A program made the position numbers and the translations under genes. Shown here one piece after another: positions 62,275-64,000 of a stretch of DNA of 64,000 bases. The stretch's first letter is position 1, and every line of letters starts with the position of its first letter. Below the pieces are notes generated by a model. It was given only the letters and a program-made list of their open reading frames with translations. It was not told the DNA's origin and searched no databases. The DNA is from Folioceros fuciformis (taxonomy: Eukaryota): assembly GCA_049999805.1 (NCBI GenBank), contig JBNGIO010006230.1:67494-131493 (forward strand), given 5' to 3'.

Positions 62275-63927
62275 TCATTCAGGCCACTCATGGGATGCAC
62301 CATTCTCATCGTGGACTGCACCATTCTCGTTCTGCAAGGCAGAATCACTGTCCCCTGCGCCATCTGAAGCAGAGGCTGCGGCAGGGAAGAAGTCCGCAGC
62401 TGGAAAGAGCTGGTGAAAGATACTCTCCGTAGCAATCACAACGTCGCCGTAGTGGACACTCTGGTCCGGCATGGGGCAGACAGCGACCTGACCATTTAGC
62501 AATGCCTCGCACCCTCTCCCACCCCCAACTGCACCGAAGAAGAAAGCGGACCACAGCACTTTGGGCCTGTCACTGCCACCCTCACCAGACAGCAAAGCCC
62601 GGGCAGCTGCGACCAGAACATCCTCAGCATCATCCCCTTCCCACGCAGTCGACAAATACACCGCAAACCGGTCCTGCGGACAAATAGACACCCCGCCTCC
62701 CAACTGCAAAGCGTACACAGGACGGGAGAACCCACTCCGCACAGAACCAGGAGGAAAAACCACCAACACATTGGTCTGGCCGTCCTTCAAAGTCGCATCC
62801 GTCACAAAAACCAGCCTAGCCACCTTCCCCGCCCTGACGCCTGCCCCGACAGCCCTTCCTTCATCCGAAAGAGCCTCAGCAAGCTCGCCCTCCACCTCCA
62901 CAGGCAGGTGCGGCCGCCCCGCTACCAGCGTCCGGCTGAAGAGCAGTTGCCCGGCCCGGGTGCGGACTCCCTTGTAAACCTCAGTCTGCCTGTCCACCAG
63001 CAACGCATCAACAGGCCGCCGGAGCACGTATAACGCGCCCTTCACAGCCGCGCATCTGCAGAACGCCTGCGGTAGCTCCCCCTGCCCGTAGAGCGGGTAG
63101 ATGAATGCGCCGGGCGCGTTGGTAAACCTTCCTACGGACGCACGATACACCGCCAGACGCTGCAGCCCGTCGCGCGACGAGAGCTTCTCCCCGCCTGCCT
63201 CCTCCTGGTCGCTCTCCGCGAACGCAAACGCATACAGCACCATGGCCTGGAGCGAGGCCGGAAGCCGCTGCTTCCGCAGCAATTCCACGAATGGGCCATC
63301 CAGATCCTCCTCTGCAAACCCAGCTCCCCCCTGGCCCGTCACCAGCTTCAAAAACCGCATGAGCAGACGCTTCTCAACCAGGCTCAGCGACTGATCCTGG
63401 AAAACCTCAGCCTGCGAGGCCGGTACCGTGACCAGGCCCCCCGGTGTCCAGAGGTAAGACCTCTCCACCGCCTTGAACTCTAGGTAACTGGTCGCGCCTG
63501 CTCGCAGCATCAGGTCCACCAACGGCCCTGCGGAGAAGGCCAGCTTCGGCCCTGCCAGATCCAGGTTGTACGCACTCAGCCTTCCCAGCTCCGGGGCCCC
63601 TGCCCCGGCCTCTCCTCCATCGTCCAACAATCCAGCCTTGAATCCTGAGAAGGCGCCGGATCCGGCCGTGCTGATCAGCTTCCAGTCTGCCGCCCCTGCG
63701 CCAGCCGTCACGCCGTCCTCTTCTCCGGACACAGCTCCCCCGACGTGCGCCGCCACGGCCTCCGGGGACAGCGAGGCCCAGGCGGAGCCGTACACATCCC
63801 CTCCATCCAGATGCAACACCGAGAGGCCGGCCGCAGCGGCGGCGGCCGCCAAAATGGATTCCGGCAGCCCCGTGCCGAGCACGATCACGTCAAAGGAGTC
63901 GGGGTGGATCTCCAAGTCGCGCTCCAT
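62275..63927 (-). CDS. REP: Rab escort protein (REP/GDI family), intronless
   Basis: FDVIVLGTGLPESILAAA...VLHLD...YGS, YNLDLAGP, YLEFKAV, LSLVEKRLLMRFLK and YPLYGQGELPQAFCRCAAVKGALYVLR. Confidence 0.95.
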   Translation of the reverse strand: MERDLEIHPDSFDVIVLGTGLPESILAAAAAAAGLSVLHLDGGDVYGSAWASLSPEAVAAHVGGAVSGEEDGVTAGAGAADWKLISTAGSGAFSGFKAGLLDDGGEAGAGAPELGRLSAYNLDLAGPKLAFSAGPLVDLMLRAGATSYLEFKAVERSYLWTPGGLVTVPASQAEVFQDQSLSLVEKRLLMRFLKLVTGQGGAGFAEEDLDGPFVELLRKQRLPASLQAMVLYAFAFAESDQEEAGGEKLSSRDGLQRLAVYRASVGRFTNAPGAFIYPLYGQGELPQAFCRCAAVKGALYVLRRPVDALLVDRQTEVYKGVRTRAGQLLFSRTLVAGRPHLPVEVEGELAEALSDEGRAVGAGVRAGKVARLVFVTDATLKDGQTNVLVVFPPGSVRSGFSRPVYALQLGGGVSICPQDRFAVYLSTAWEGDDAEDVLVAAARALLSGEGGSDRPKVLWSAFFFGAVGGGRGCEALLNGQVAVCPMPDQSVHYGDVVIATESIFHQLFPAADFFPAAASASDGAGDSDSALQNENGAVHDENGASHEWPE

Positions 63928-64000
63928 GGCAGTGAAGCTGCGAACGCGAGCGCCTGCCCTTCTACCTGGGCTGGGGCCTTAGAGATTGTCCCATGGAGAA

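Overview
Gene-dense nuclear DNA from a land plant. The short (about 80-110 nt) GT-AG introns, tiny intergenic gaps and a PLS-class PPR protein with a 'PGxSWW' box suggest a seed-free plant, most likely a hornwort such as Anthoceros (inference). Recognisable genes: MED28, tRNA-Glu(CTC), a SRPBCC/polyketide-cyclase protein plus a decayed copy, a TLC-domain protein, NUP93, ABITRAM/FAM206A, an intronless GDSL esterase with an Ala-Pro tail, intronless RGTB, PIG-U, a PPR-E(+) editing factor, a large coiled-coil protein, ANP32-like, an MBD-like/Oberon-PHD protein, RPL14, a YbaK-domain protein, a PhoD phosphatase and intronless REP. Repetitive DNA includes a decayed CRE/R2-group non-LTR retrotransposon, a 1.7-kb element with about 200-bp terminal inverted repeats, several minisatellites and a fold-back with 180-bp arms. 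The most unusual items are an intronless 837-aa Cys/His-motif ORF that I cannot assign to a plant family (candidate horizontal transfer), a chimeric LRR + phytepsin pseudogene, and two intronless Rab-prenylation components in one window. Family calls rest on recalled motifs, no database search was run, and exon boundaries were read by eye.
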